Shown: positions 37,721-47,312, counted from the first letter of the whole stretch. The stretch: 59,003 bases of DNA, filler included, from 6 parts of 6 records of this genome joined end to end with filler, not necessarily neighbours in it; one strand, 5' to 3'. A program made the numbers and translations. The notes: a model not told the origin generated them from the sequence alone.

Positions 37721-38251
37721 ATGAAGAAACTTCTATCAAGCACATTGTTCGTCGTATTTTTGCTTTTTGCCGGTCATGCAGGCGCCTTCACCATTGTTCC
37801 CGCAAGTTATCTCTATATCCTTGACATCGATATCACCGATCCTGGCATTGTTTCCGATCTGGAAAGGAAAATCGGGGGGGTCGAGTTTAAAGTGTTCGGC
37901 GGTGAGTTCGGGACCGACTGGACATATGAACTGGGAGATGCCATACCAACAGGCGGCAACTGGATCTTTGAAAGTTTTGGGGGGAATTACAATGCCGTAT
38001 ATGATGACTGGGATTGGAATGATCCGGATTACAAGCCCATGGGATCCGGCAGGGTGCTGACCATTACATCTGCTGTTGAGCTGGAATTCGATCTTCTGGA
38101 GTTTTATGACTTTAAAGGCCGGATCGAGTTCCCGAACGGGTATTACGCCAGTGAGGGATTCAAGGAAACCCCTGTACCCATTCCCGGTGCCATGGTGCTT
38201 CTCGGAAGCGGCCTGGTTGGCGTGTTTGGATTGGTTCGGAGACGGTCATGA
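37721..38251 (+). CDS. PEP-CTERM (VPxPxA-type) sorted surface protein, possibly cohesin-like
   Basis: Signal peptide (..HAGA); C-terminus PVPIPGAMVLLGSGLVGVFGLVRRRS. Confidence 0.85.
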   Translation: MKKLLSSTLFVVFLLFAGHAGAFTIVPASYLYILDIDITDPGIVSDLERKIGGVEFKVFGGEFGTDWTYELGDAIPTGGNWIFESFGGNYNAVYDDWDWNDPDYKPMGSGRVLTITSAVELEFDLLEFYDFKGRIEFPNGYYASEGFKETPVPIPGAMVLLGSGLVGVFGLVRRRS

Positions 38252-39246
38252 AAAACAGAACCGCATATGCCGCCGTTTTTCTCTTTCTCCTGCTGATGCC
38301 TGTTATGGCCATGGGGGCAGGGCCTGTGATCATTGATCATAACTGCACCCGGATCCGGGAGATTCCTGAACCGGCCATTGAAAAGGCCGTTGCCGATCTC
38401 CACATCGCCTATGGGCATACCTCCCACGGCAGCCAGCTCATATCCGGCATGGGAACAAGCAACGGGAGCCAGCTGGATGCATTCATGACCGCCAACGGCG
38501 CCACCCCCGGGCTCTATCGATGGAACAGGGGCGGGACGGACAATGCCCTGGATCTGCACAACTATTTTGTGTCGGGGGATCTTGGAAATCCCGACAGAAC
38601 CACATGGGCCCAACGGACCCGAACGTATCTCGACCATCCTGATAACTCGGAGGTCAATGTCGTGATCTGGTCCTGGTGCGGCCAGGCCGCCACATCCATC
38701 GCCAATATCGATATCTACCTGGATCTCATGGAAGGGTTGATCGCGGATTATCCCCATGTGAAATTTGTGTTCATGACAGGTCATCTCAATGGAACCGGCC
38801 CCTTCGGCCGGCTTCATCTTGCCAATGAGCATATCAGGGCCCATTGCAGGACCCATAACCGGATCCTCTATGATTTTGCCGATATTGAAAGCTATGACCC
38901 CGACGGCCGGGTCAATTATATGGCGCTCAATGGAAACGACAATTGTGACTATGACTCCGATAACAACGGCTCACGGGATGGAAACTGGGCCAGGGATTGG
39001 CAGGAGAGCCACACCCTCGGGGTGGACTGGTGGGCCTCCGGGGCTGCCCACAGCCAGCATCTCAACGGCAACCGCAAAGGGTATGCCGCCTGGTGGCTCT
39101 GGGCGGTCCTGGCCGGGTGGAAAATGGATGAATGTCCTTTGGACAGTGACCAGGACAATGATGTGGATGGATCGGATCTGGCTCTTTTTACCGCAGGGTT
39201 CGATCCCGGTTGCATGAACGCTTTTGCGGCTGCTTTCGGCCAATAA
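38248..39246 (+). CDS. Secreted putative hydrolase-like protein with C-terminal dockerin-like motif
   Basis: Signal peptide; YGHTSHG, WSWCG, AHSQHLN..K; C-terminal CPLDSDQDNDVDGSDLALF...AFAAAFG. Confidence 0.65.
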   Translation: MKNRTAYAAVFLFLLLMPVMAMGAGPVIIDHNCTRIREIPEPAIEKAVADLHIAYGHTSHGSQLISGMGTSNGSQLDAFMTANGATPGLYRWNRGGTDNALDLHNYFVSGDLGNPDRTTWAQRTRTYLDHPDNSEVNVVIWSWCGQAATSIANIDIYLDLMEGLIADYPHVKFVFMTGHLNGTGPFGRLHLANEHIRAHCRTHNRILYDFADIESYDPDGRVNYMALNGNDNCDYDSDNNGSRDGNWARDWQESHTLGVDWWASGAAHSQHLNGNRKGYAAWWLWAVLAGWKMDECPLDSDQDNDVDGSDLALFTAGFDPGCMNAFAAAFGQ

Positions 39247-39274
39247 TCAATTCAATCATGAAAAGGAATTTCAA

Positions 39275-39536
39275 ATGAAAAAACAACTTATAAGTATTTT
39301 CTCCGTTCTTTTTATTTTGAGCTGTTCGACCATGGTGCATGCATACTCGTACTCGGGTGATATCGTCAGCGGCTGGCTGAGCCTGGATGTTACCGAGGGA
39401 TATGATTCCCGCCTCGGTAAATAGCGGGAGGTTTGAGATCCAGGCGGCTGCCCCGGTGCCGGTACCGGCTGCCGTCTGGCTCCTGGGCTCAGGGTTTCTG
39501 GGCGTTGTTGGCATAAGAAGACGATTTAAGGGTTAA
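39275..39536 (+). pseudogene. Internally truncated/frameshifted PEP-CTERM-type protein
   Basis: Signal peptide MKKQLIS...VHA in one frame; IPASVNSGRFEIQAAAPVPVPAAVWLLGSGFLGVVGIRRRFKG* in the +1 frame. Confidence 0.75.
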
Positions 39537-39609
39537 AAGAGAGGTTTGGGCCGGTTGCGCTTGGTCGGGGGGTGCAACCGGCTCCTAAAGGGAAATAGTG
39601 AAATAGCGG

Positions 39610-40512
39610 CTAATGCTGCCATGTTGCCTGGTTTCGCCCTTTTTTCTTGGATTCGTACAGCATTTGGTCCGCGGTTTCGAACAATTGACGCTCGGTTTGT
39701 TCCATGGCGGGCACGAGTGTGGCCCCGCCGATGCTCACCGTCAAGCACCGGGATGCGGAAGCCCCGGCATGTTCGATGCCAAGGTCTTCGATGGCCGTGC
39801 AAATCTTTTGGGCCACTTTGGCCGCCCCCTGGGCATCGGTTTCCGGCAGGAGCATGGCAAATTCTTCACCGCCGTACCGGGCGGCAAAATCGGCCGTGCG
39901 CTTCAACTCCCGGGTGAGCACGGTGGCAACGGTTTTCAATACTTCATCCCCTTGGCCATGGCCGTAGGTGTCATTGTACTGCTTGAAATGATCCACATCC
40001 AGAATTCCCAGGGAAAGGGGCGCTTTGCTGCGTATGGCCCGCTGCCATTCCTGGGCAAACCGTTCCGAGAAACTGCGGTGATTGGGGATTTCCGTCAACC
40101 CGTCCAGCAGGGCGATGCTTTCCAGCAGCTTGCGCTGTCGCACGATCTTGAGATGGATTCTGACCCGGGCCAATACAATGGCCGGCTGAAAGGGCTTGAC
40201 GATATAATCCACGGCACCGAGGAGCAGTCCTTTCTCCTCTTCTTCTCCCCCTCCCAGGGCGGTGATGAAAATCACCGGTATCTCCCGGGTGGTTTGATTC
40301 TCTTTCAATGCCTTCAAGGTCTGGTAACCGTCCATGCCGGGCATCATGATATCGAGAAGAATAAGGTCGGGCGGCTGTTTACCGGCGCGCTCAAGGGCCT
40401 GTTCCCCGCTTTTGGCCAGGATCACCGTGTAGTCGGTTTTCAGCAGATCTGCGAGCACGTTCAGGTTGAAACGTTCATCATCCACCACGAGAATGCGCTG
40501 TTTCTTAGTCAT
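39610..40512 (-). CDS. Response regulator diguanylate cyclase (REC-GGDEF)
   Basis: LVVDD, LLDIMMP, DVDHFKQYND, RTAD I-site, RYGGEEF. Confidence 0.93.
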   Translation of the reverse strand: MTKKQRILVVDDERFNLNVLADLLKTDYTVILAKSGEQALERAGKQPPDLILLDIMMPGMDGYQTLKALKENQTTREIPVIFITALGGGEEEEKGLLLGAVDYIVKPFQPAIVLARVRIHLKIVRQRKLLESIALLDGLTEIPNHRSFSERFAQEWQRAIRSKAPLSLGILDVDHFKQYNDTYGHGQGDEVLKTVATVLTRELKRTADFAARYGGEEFAMLLPETDAQGAAKVAQKICTAIEDLGIEHAGASASRCLTVSIGGATLVPAMEQTERQLFETADQMLYESKKKGRNQATWQH

Positions 40513-42058
40513 GTTCTTTTTCCTGTGATGATTCCAGGCCCAAGGTCTCTTTAAGTTTTCCAAGGGTCTTCAGGGCCGGGTCAAAATCGAGCTGTTCGAT
40601 CTGATTGATCATGGTCGCGGCCGTGTCGGCGGTTTCCGCCAGGGTCAGGGTTTCTCGTATTCGGGGGATCAGATCCTCGGCTTCACAATTGCCTTCTTCC
40701 AGGAGAAGGGTCAACTGCTCCAGGAGTTCCGCGGCCAGGGTGAGGGAGAAGGGTTCGGCAACCGCGGGCAGGGGAGTCTCACCTTCCCGGGCCAGGGGAC
40801 GAAGCTCCGCCAGCACTCCATGGAGGGCCCGGGAAAAGGCCGGAAATGCCGTGCCCGCCGTTTCCGGGTCTCCTTTCCGGAGCGGATTTTCAAGGTCTGC
40901 CGCCGCAGTGGAGAGAAGGGCCGCGCCGATGTTCCCGGCCACTCCCCTGATGGTATGGGCTTGTCGTAAGATACTGGCGTGATCCCCCCGGGCCATGGTT
41001 TTTTCCATTTCTTCCGCCGTCTCGCGGTAGTCATTGTAAAAGTCGGTCAGCAGCTTTTTGTACAGTTGTTTGTTGCCCCCCACTTTTTTGACGCCTTGGG
41101 GAACATCGATGGCGGTGAGGGGGGGCAGGGGTTCTTCAGTGTGTTCCCTTTGGCCATGGGCGGTTGGCCCGAACCGGTGCCGCGGTTTGATCCATCGTAA
41201 AAGGGCGGCCATCAGTTCATCCGGTTCAATGGGTTTGGTGACATGGTCATTCATGCCCGCGTCTATGCTTTTCTCCCGGTCTCCGGCAATGGCATGGGCG
41301 GTCATGGCAACAATGGGCAGGTGGGCATATTCCGGCAGGCTCCGGATTCTTCGGGTGGCTTCCAGGCCGTCAAGCTCCGGCATCTGGATGTCCATGAGTA
41401 CCAGGTCATACGCTGTTTCAGCCACGGCGGCAATGGCCTGGAGCCCGTTTTCCGCCGTATCCACCCGGAGCCCGGCCTGGGTCAGAAATTCCCGGGTCAC
41501 CTGCCGGTTGATGGCGTTGTCCTCCACCACCAGCACCCGGGCGCCGGCAATGGCGGTCAGTTGTTGTTGCCGGGGAACGAAATTTTGCCGTTTTTCCCTT
41601 CTCTCCCAGGTTTCCCGGTTGAAAATCATGGTGATGGCATCGAACAGCAGGGACTGGTTCACCGGTTTGGTGATGAAACCGTCAATGCCGTATTTTATGG
41701 CATCGCTTTTCACTTCCTCCTGGTCGTAGGCGGTCACCATGAGAATGGCGGTTTTTTGCGGGGTATCCTGTTGGTGCTTGAGCCGCCGCAGGGTCTCGAT
41801 GCCGTCAAGCCCGGGCATTTTCCAGTCCAGCACCACCAGGTCAAAACAGTTGCCGTTGGCGGCTGCTTCGGCAACGCGTTCAAGGGCCGCTTCACCCGAA
41901 GCCACGGCCGCCACCTCAAAGGAGAGGGACTCGAGCATGGTGCAGAGCACCTCCCGGGCCGCATCGTTGTCGTCCACCACCAGCACCTTGATTCCCATGA
42001 GATCGGCCGCCGGCAGGGGGATGGAGAGGGGCTCTGTGGCGCCCAGGCCGAAATCGGC
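40505..42058 (-). CDS. Hybrid histidine kinase C-terminal part (REC-REC-Hpt), truncated by contig end
   Basis: Two receiver domains (LDWKMP, MDIQMP) and Hpt AHTIRGVAGNIGA; frame open to the gap. Confidence 0.9.
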   Translation of the reverse strand, partial: ADFGLGATEPLSIPLPAADLMGIKVLVVDDNDAAREVLCTMLESLSFEVAAVASGEAALERVAEAAANGNCFDLVVLDWKMPGLDGIETLRRLKHQQDTPQKTAILMVTAYDQEEVKSDAIKYGIDGFITKPVNQSLLFDAITMIFNRETWERREKRQNFVPRQQQLTAIAGARVLVVEDNAINRQVTREFLTQAGLRVDTAENGLQAIAAVAETAYDLVLMDIQMPELDGLEATRRIRSLPEYAHLPIVAMTAHAIAGDREKSIDAGMNDHVTKPIEPDELMAALLRWIKPRHRFGPTAHGQREHTEEPLPPLTAIDVPQGVKKVGGNKQLYKKLLTDFYNDYRETAEEMEKTMARGDHASILRQAHTIRGVAGNIGAALLSTAAADLENPLRKGDPETAGTAFPAFSRALHGVLAELRPLAREGETPLPAVAEPFSLTLAAELLEQLTLLLEEGNCEAEDLIPRIRETLTLAETADTAATMINQIEQLDFDPALKTLGKLKETLGLESSQEKEHD

Positions 42059-42060
42059 CG

Positions 42061-42160
42061 NNNNNNNNNNNNNNNNNNNNNNNNNNNNNNNNNNNNNNNN
42101 NNNNTTAATTAATTAANNNNNNNNNNNNNNNNNNNNNNNNNNNNNNNNNNNNNNNNNNNN
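42061..42160. other. Artificial contig-joining spacer
   Basis: N-run + TTAATTAATTAA + N-run; abrupt drop in GC content after it. Confidence 0.98.
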
Positions 42161-42166
42161 GCTTTA

Positions 42167-42760
42167 ATGATAAATGAGAATAGATTATTTAATGAAGCTA
42201 ATAGACATTTTTTAGATAAAAATTTTGAAAAAGCTTTATTTATATATTCACAACTATCATCAAATTTTCCAACAAATAAAGAGTATCCTATTTATGCTCT
42301 TTTTTGCGATATTGCTAGTGAAGATGAACAAAAAGCAATGTCTTTATATGACTACTTCTCAGTAGCAAAAGATGAAAATATAGAAGAAGCAATAGCGTAT
42401 GTAGAAGATGTAGTAAATGCATATGATGGTGATATGGATAAGATGATGGATATTCTACAAGAATTAAGTTCATCAACTATAGATTCACTTGATGCTATTA
42501 AATATGAAGACTTTAAAAGACTTATTGATTCAAGGGGTTCCTTTAGAGTAGCTTTTGAAGATATTATGTTTTCTACTAAAGTTGCAATTGAATCAAAAGA
42601 AGACTTCTTTGACTTTGTAGATAAATTAATTGAAAACGATTTTAACAGTACAGCTTATTCATACTTAGATGGATTTAATGACTATTTTTCATATGATTCA
42701 AAAATAGAAGAGCTATATAAGAAACTAGAAGAGAAAAAACTTGCAACTAATCATAAATAA
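42167..42760 (+). CDS. Hypothetical acidic helical protein upstream of murE (Campylobacterota-type context)
   Basis: Long ORF in AT-rich DNA; AFEDIMFSTKV motif; overlaps the murE start. Confidence 0.7.
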   Translation: MINENRLFNEANRHFLDKNFEKALFIYSQLSSNFPTNKEYPIYALFCDIASEDEQKAMSLYDYFSVAKDENIEEAIAYVEDVVNAYDGDMDKMMDILQELSSSTIDSLDAIKYEDFKRLIDSRGSFRVAFEDIMFSTKVAIESKEDFFDFVDKLIENDFNSTAYSYLDGFNDYFSYDSKIEELYKKLEEKKLATNHK

Positions 42761-44033
42761 TAAAATATATACTGACAACTCAAAAGAGGCAGTTTCTGGA
42801 ACAGTTTTTGTTCAATCAAAGCAAAATGAAAAATTTGTAGATGATGCTATAGCAAATGGTTGTGAAAAAGTAATCAAAGCAACTGAGCTTAAAGAGCATT
42901 TTGATATGAGTTCTATAAAGGTAATTGGTATTACTGGAACAAATGGAAAAACAACAACTGCAGGAGCTATTTATTCTATTCTTTTAGATTTAGGATATAA
43001 CGTAGCACTACAAGGAACTAGAGGTTTTTTCATAAATGATGAGAGAGTTGAAGAGTATACTTTAACTACTCCTGTACAACTTGGAAACTTTGCTCATATT
43101 CAAAAAGCAATTGAAAATGAGTGTGAGTTTTTTGTAATGGAAGTAAGTTCCCATGCAATTGAGCAAAAAAGAATTGAAGGTTTAGAGTTTGAACTTAAAA
43201 TTCATACAAATATTACAAGAGACCATTTAGATTATCATAAAACTATAGAAGAGTACATCAATATTAAAAACTCTTTCTTTGATGATGATAGTAAAAAGCT
43301 AATAAACAAAGATGATAAGGTAGTTAAATTCAATCCTACAAATGCATTAACTTACTCTTTAGAAAACCCATCAACTTATAAAGTAAATGCATACTCTTTC
43401 AAAAATGGAACTAATGTAATGTTCTCTAAAATAGAAGAGATGTACTCTTATTCATCTTCTTTAATGGGAATATTTAATATCTACAATTTAACCGCAGCAA
43501 TTGCAGCAGCTGATATGGTTACAGAAAAAAGTTTAGATGAGATTTGTGCTGTAGTTGAAAACTTTGCAGGGGTTAGTGGAAGAATGGAAACAATTAGTAC
43601 AGACCCTTTTATTATAGTTGATTTTGCCCATACTCCTGATGGAATGAAAGAGGTTTTTGAAAGCTTTAATCATAAAAACATTATTGCAGTATTTGGTGCA
43701 GGTGGAAATAGAGATAAAGATAAAAGAGCAATAATGGGACAAATGGCAGCAAATTTTGCTAAAACTATTATTGTAACTAGCGATAACCCAAGATTTGAAG
43801 ACCCTGATTTAATCATAGAAGATATTTGTAAGGGAATTCAAAATAAAAATAATCTTTATGTTGAGGTTAATAGAAAAGAAGCTATCAAAAAAGGTGTTGA
43901 ACTTGCACGGCAAGATAAAGACTCAGTACTTTTAATCTTAGGAAAAGGTGATGAACCTTATCAAATAATTTATGACCAAAAAATGCCTTTAAGTGATAAA
44001 GAAGAGGTGCTAAAGCATCTAAAGGTAGACTAA
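42741..44033 (+). CDS. murE: UDP-MurNAc-tripeptide synthetase (meso-DAP-adding)
   Basis: GITGTNGKTT, MEVSSH, DHLDYH, VDFAHTPD, DNPR, GKG. Confidence 0.95.
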   Translation: MQLIINNKIYTDNSKEAVSGTVFVQSKQNEKFVDDAIANGCEKVIKATELKEHFDMSSIKVIGITGTNGKTTTAGAIYSILLDLGYNVALQGTRGFFINDERVEEYTLTTPVQLGNFAHIQKAIENECEFFVMEVSSHAIEQKRIEGLEFELKIHTNITRDHLDYHKTIEEYINIKNSFFDDDSKKLINKDDKVVKFNPTNALTYSLENPSTYKVNAYSFKNGTNVMFSKIEEMYSYSSSLMGIFNIYNLTAAIAAADMVTEKSLDEICAVVENFAGVSGRMETISTDPFIIVDFAHTPDGMKEVFESFNHKNIIAVFGAGGNRDKDKRAIMGQMAANFAKTIIVTSDNPRFEDPDLIIEDICKGIQNKNNLYVEVNRKEAIKKGVELARQDKDSVLLILGKGDEPYQIIYDQKMPLSDKEEVLKHLKVD

Positions 44034-44050
44034 AGATTTAACTCTTTAGT

Positions 44051-44923
44051 CTATTTCTTATCTTCTACTGTATAAAAACCTTTGATAATAATACCTTTAT
44101 TATCTTTTGCAGATTTTACATAATAATTAGTAGGAGTAACAACTGCATAGTCATTTAGGTTTTCTCTAATAAAAGATGCTGTTTCAATAACTCTTTGTCT
44201 TGAGAAACCTCTAATTAAATACTCTTTTACTCTATTTTGAGTACTTTTAGGTTGCTTACTAATATCATCTTTGATTTTATTAAATACAACATTATCTGCA
44301 TCTGCAACTACTGCAATAATCTCAACTCTAGTTAGGTTTTTTGTATTTTTAACAAAATCAGTAATTTTTTCTTGACAACTTGCGGTTAATAAAGAACTAT
44401 TAGCTTTAAAGTCATAACACTTAACAACTTTTGATTTTTGAGTGTAATAAAATTTTCTAAAGTTTTTATTGTCTAAGTCAACAATTTTAGTCTCTACTTT
44501 TGTTACAACTTTCTCTTTTATTACTTCTACTTCTTTAGGTTCAATAACCTTTTTTATAACAACTTCTTTTTGTATCTCTGGTTTAATAGGAGTTTGTTGT
44601 TTGTTTTCTTCTTTTTCAAGAAGTAGATATATTATTGTTGAAAGGGTTATTATTATGATTAGACATAATGAGTAGATTAAATAGTTTACAAATCTCATGT
44701 CATTTGTATTTTTAATTTTTGGTTTTGCTTGGGGTGTAACTTTTGGAATTGAAAGTTCAGGGTTTATGCTCTTAGCTTTTTTAGAACTAGAATTACTTTT
44801 TGGTTTTGGCTTATTCTCATTAGATTTAGTTTTAGTATTCTCTTTTAGTTTCTTTTCAATATTCTCTTGAGATATAGTTTGACTTAATACTTCTTTTAAT
44901 TTTTCTGTATTGTTTTTTTCCAA
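44051..44923 (-). CDS. Single-pass membrane hypothetical protein
   Basis: Lys-rich N-terminus, one TM segment, KEV-rich linker, globular C-terminus. Confidence 0.65.
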   Translation of the reverse strand: MEKNNTEKLKEVLSQTISQENIEKKLKENTKTKSNENKPKPKSNSSSKKAKSINPELSIPKVTPQAKPKIKNTNDMRFVNYLIYSLCLIIIITLSTIIYLLLEKEENKQQTPIKPEIQKEVVIKKVIEPKEVEVIKEKVVTKVETKIVDLDNKNFRKFYYTQKSKVVKCYDFKANSSLLTASCQEKITDFVKNTKNLTRVEIIAVVADADNVVFNKIKDDISKQPKSTQNRVKEYLIRGFSRQRVIETASFIRENLNDYAVVTPTNYYVKSAKDNKGIIIKGFYTVEDKK

Positions 44924-44932
44924 AAAGTGCCC

Positions 44933-45847
44933 TTACTCTTTATTTTTCAAATAAATCAGTATAATTAACGACATAATAGCTAAAAATAGTGGATAGAAAA
45001 ATAAATAGTTTTTTAATGTTATCTTATTATTTTCTATTTTACTTGTTTCTAGCTTATTAATCTCTTCATAGATTTCATTTAGCTTCTCTTTCGAGTTTGC
45101 AGAAAATGATTTTCCCTTTGTTTGAGTAGCAATTTGATTTAAAATGATTTTGTTTGAATTTGCAATACTAATAGTATAAACCTTAATCTCATATTTATTT
45201 AAAAGTTTTAATGCAATTTCTAAAGGAATCGTACTAGAGTTATCAGCACCATCACTTAAAAGAATAATCACTTTTGATTTTGCCTTTGAAGATTTTAATA
45301 TATTTGTTGATGAAACAAGGGAATCAATAAGTGCAGTTTTATCTCCTACAACACCTACATCCAAATAATCAATTATTTCTAACTGAGCATCTTTATCAAA
45401 ACTAAGTGGTGTAGCCATCATAACTGATGTTCCAAAAACTACAATAGAAATATTGTCATTTACTCTTTTGGGAATAAACTCTTTTACAATATCCTTTACA
45501 ACAGTAAATCTACTTTCCATTGGATTTAAAGGATTAAATCCAAGCTCTTTCATAGAACCACTTGTATCTAAACTTAATACTATATCAATACCATCATTTT
45601 TAATAAGTTGGGTGTTTAGTTTAGTATAAGGTGAGGCTAGGGCAATTATTGCTCCTACAATAGATATATATTTTAGTAAACCTTGAAAAACATTTGTGCT
45701 AGCTTGGTTTTTAGCAAAAATATTTAAATGAGGAACAATATATGTTGGAATTTTTGCTTTACAAAAGATTGAGCAAAAAATAAATAGTAAAATAACTAAT
45801 AAAAGATATGGGTATTCAAACCTTATTGAAAGTAAATAATCAAACAT
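44933..45847 (-). CDS. VWA domain protein (BatA-like)
   Basis: RFEYP N-terminus, MIDAS DTSGSM, LSDG, terminal TM helices. Confidence 0.88.
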   Translation of the reverse strand: MFDYLLSIRFEYPYLLLVILLFIFCSIFCKAKIPTYIVPHLNIFAKNQASTNVFQGLLKYISIVGAIIALASPYTKLNTQLIKNDGIDIVLSLDTSGSMKELGFNPLNPMESRFTVVKDIVKEFIPKRVNDNISIVVFGTSVMMATPLSFDKDAQLEIIDYLDVGVVGDKTALIDSLVSSTNILKSSKAKSKVIILLSDGADNSSTIPLEIALKLLNKYEIKVYTISIANSNKIILNQIATQTKGKSFSANSKEKLNEIYEEINKLETSKIENNKITLKNYLFFYPLFLAIMSLIILIYLKNKE

Positions 45848-46229
45848 CTACACTATCCATAAATCTTGAAAATAGTATTTTAATATCTTCATCTATCTCT
45901 TTTACATCTTTTTTGTATTTGTATTGTTCAAGCTCATCTATTAACTCTTCTGCTAGCTTCTTTTCTCTTTGAGAAACTGCTAATAGTCTTGTGTATTTTG
46001 TAATCGTATATGCACACTGTTTAGCGTCTTGAAAATCTATCTCTTCTAAGGTTTTATAATACTCTTTTCTAAAATCTTTTTTTCTATTTTTGATTATTTT
46101 ATATATTAAGAAAAGCAGTAAAAGTACCAAAAAAACAGCAACACCTATAAGTAAAATATAGATATAAATAGAAAAGTCAGGTATTTCTACTAAGGATTTA
46201 ATATCATGAATTTTAATATTTCCCATCAT
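45840..46229 (-). CDS. Small membrane protein of the MoxR/Bat cluster (DUF4381-like)
   Basis: IHDIK..VEIP + TM segment, between DUF58 and VWA genes. Confidence 0.65.
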   Translation of the reverse strand: MMGNIKIHDIKSLVEIPDFSIYIYILLIGVAVFLVLLLLFLIYKIIKNRKKDFRKEYYKTLEEIDFQDAKQCAYTITKYTRLLAVSQREKKLAEELIDELEQYKYKKDVKEIDEDIKILFSRFMDSVDV

Positions 46230-47059
46230 TGCATTAGCCTTAATAATTTGGCTAAAGGTTCTTCATGAGTATATATTTTGATAGACTTTATAGCACACTT
46301 TTGAAGATGCTCAAAAAATAAGTGGTCATTCTCTTTTACCTCTTGTTCATATTTTTTGATTAATGAACTATTTAAGTTTCCATCAAAGTTATAGTTGGTT
46401 GTTGGGTCAACAAGATTTACATTTCCTAAGGCTTCTGGTTTTTCTTCAAATCCATCTCTTACCATTATTATAACTATCTCATGTTTCTTACTAAGAACTT
46501 TTAAGTCTAAGTTCTTGATATCAAAAAAGTCTCCTATTAAAAAGATTGTAGATTTCTTTTTGATTTTTAATAATAACTCTTCAGTAATCTTTTTAAAGTC
46601 TTGTTGTTTCCCCACACTTTTGTAATTGAAAATCTCTTCTGCCATTTTGTTTACTGCAAAATGTCTTTTTGATTTTTTTGTACAAAGGTTTACATTCTCA
46701 TTTGCAATAAAAGAAGTAAATGGATCACTTTGTTTGATACAAGAGTATCCCAAAATAGAGCATATTTCTGTAATAAGTTCTTGTTTAAACTTCTTTGTTC
46801 CAAAATGAACTGAACCAGTTAAAATTGGGACAATTGAAATATTTAATTCCCTTTGAGCATGAAAGACTTTTACATAAGGCTTTTTAAACTTAGCACTAAT
46901 TACCCAGTCTATGTTTTTGATATCTTCTCCATACTCATACTCTTTTAGTTCTAAAAAATCATAACCTTCACCTTTTAAAAGAGAAGAGTTGTTTCCAATA
47001 TTTTCTGAAAAGATTTGTCTTCTTGTTTTTATTAATATTTTTTTTAAAGAGTTATTCAT
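46226..47059 (-). CDS. DUF58 domain protein
   Basis: GEGYDFLELKEYEYGEDIKNIDW. Confidence 0.9.
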   Translation of the reverse strand: MNNSLKKILIKTRRQIFSENIGNNSSLLKGEGYDFLELKEYEYGEDIKNIDWVISAKFKKPYVKVFHAQRELNISIVPILTGSVHFGTKKFKQELITEICSILGYSCIKQSDPFTSFIANENVNLCTKKSKRHFAVNKMAEEIFNYKSVGKQQDFKKITEELLLKIKKKSTIFLIGDFFDIKNLDLKVLSKKHEIVIIMVRDGFEEKPEALGNVNLVDPTTNYNFDGNLNSSLIKKYEQEVKENDHLFFEHLQKCAIKSIKIYTHEEPLAKLLRLMQ

Positions 47060-47209
47060 TTATGGGATTTGTATTTTTTCCATGATTTTTTGAATTAGTT
47101 CATCTGTTGAGATTTGCATTGCTTCTGCTTCATAAGATAAAATAATTCTATGTCTTAAAATATTTTTAACTACAAGAGCTATATCAATAGGACTTACAAA
47201 ATCATTGCC
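47060..47209 (-). CDS. MoxR AAA+ ATPase C-terminal fragment
   Basis: Hand translation GNDFVSPIDIALVVKNILRHRIILSYEAEA...KIQIP*. Confidence 0.85.
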   Translation of the reverse strand, partial: GNDFVSPIDIALVVKNILRHRIILSYEAEAMQISTDELIQKIMEKIQIP

Positions 47210-47211
47210 CC

Positions 47212-47311
47212 NNNNNNNNNNNNNNNNNNNNNNNNNNNNNNNNNNNNNNNNNNNNTTAATTAATTAANNNNNNNNNNNNNNNNNNNNNNNNNNNNNNNNN
47301 NNNNNNNNNNN
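47212..47311. other. Artificial contig-joining spacer
   Basis: N-run + TTAATTAATTAA + N-run. Confidence 0.98.
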
Positions 47312-47312
47312 G

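Noticed and set aside
39422-39424. TAG as possible pyrrolysine or readthrough in the small PEP-CTERM gene
   Set aside because: The sorting tail is in a different frame and an in-frame TGA follows, so readthrough would not restore it
39613-40554. Long antisense ORFs (also 3451-4413, 19052-21103, 41243-42112)
   Set aside because: Shadows of well-supported genes in GC-rich DNA, with no motifs of their own
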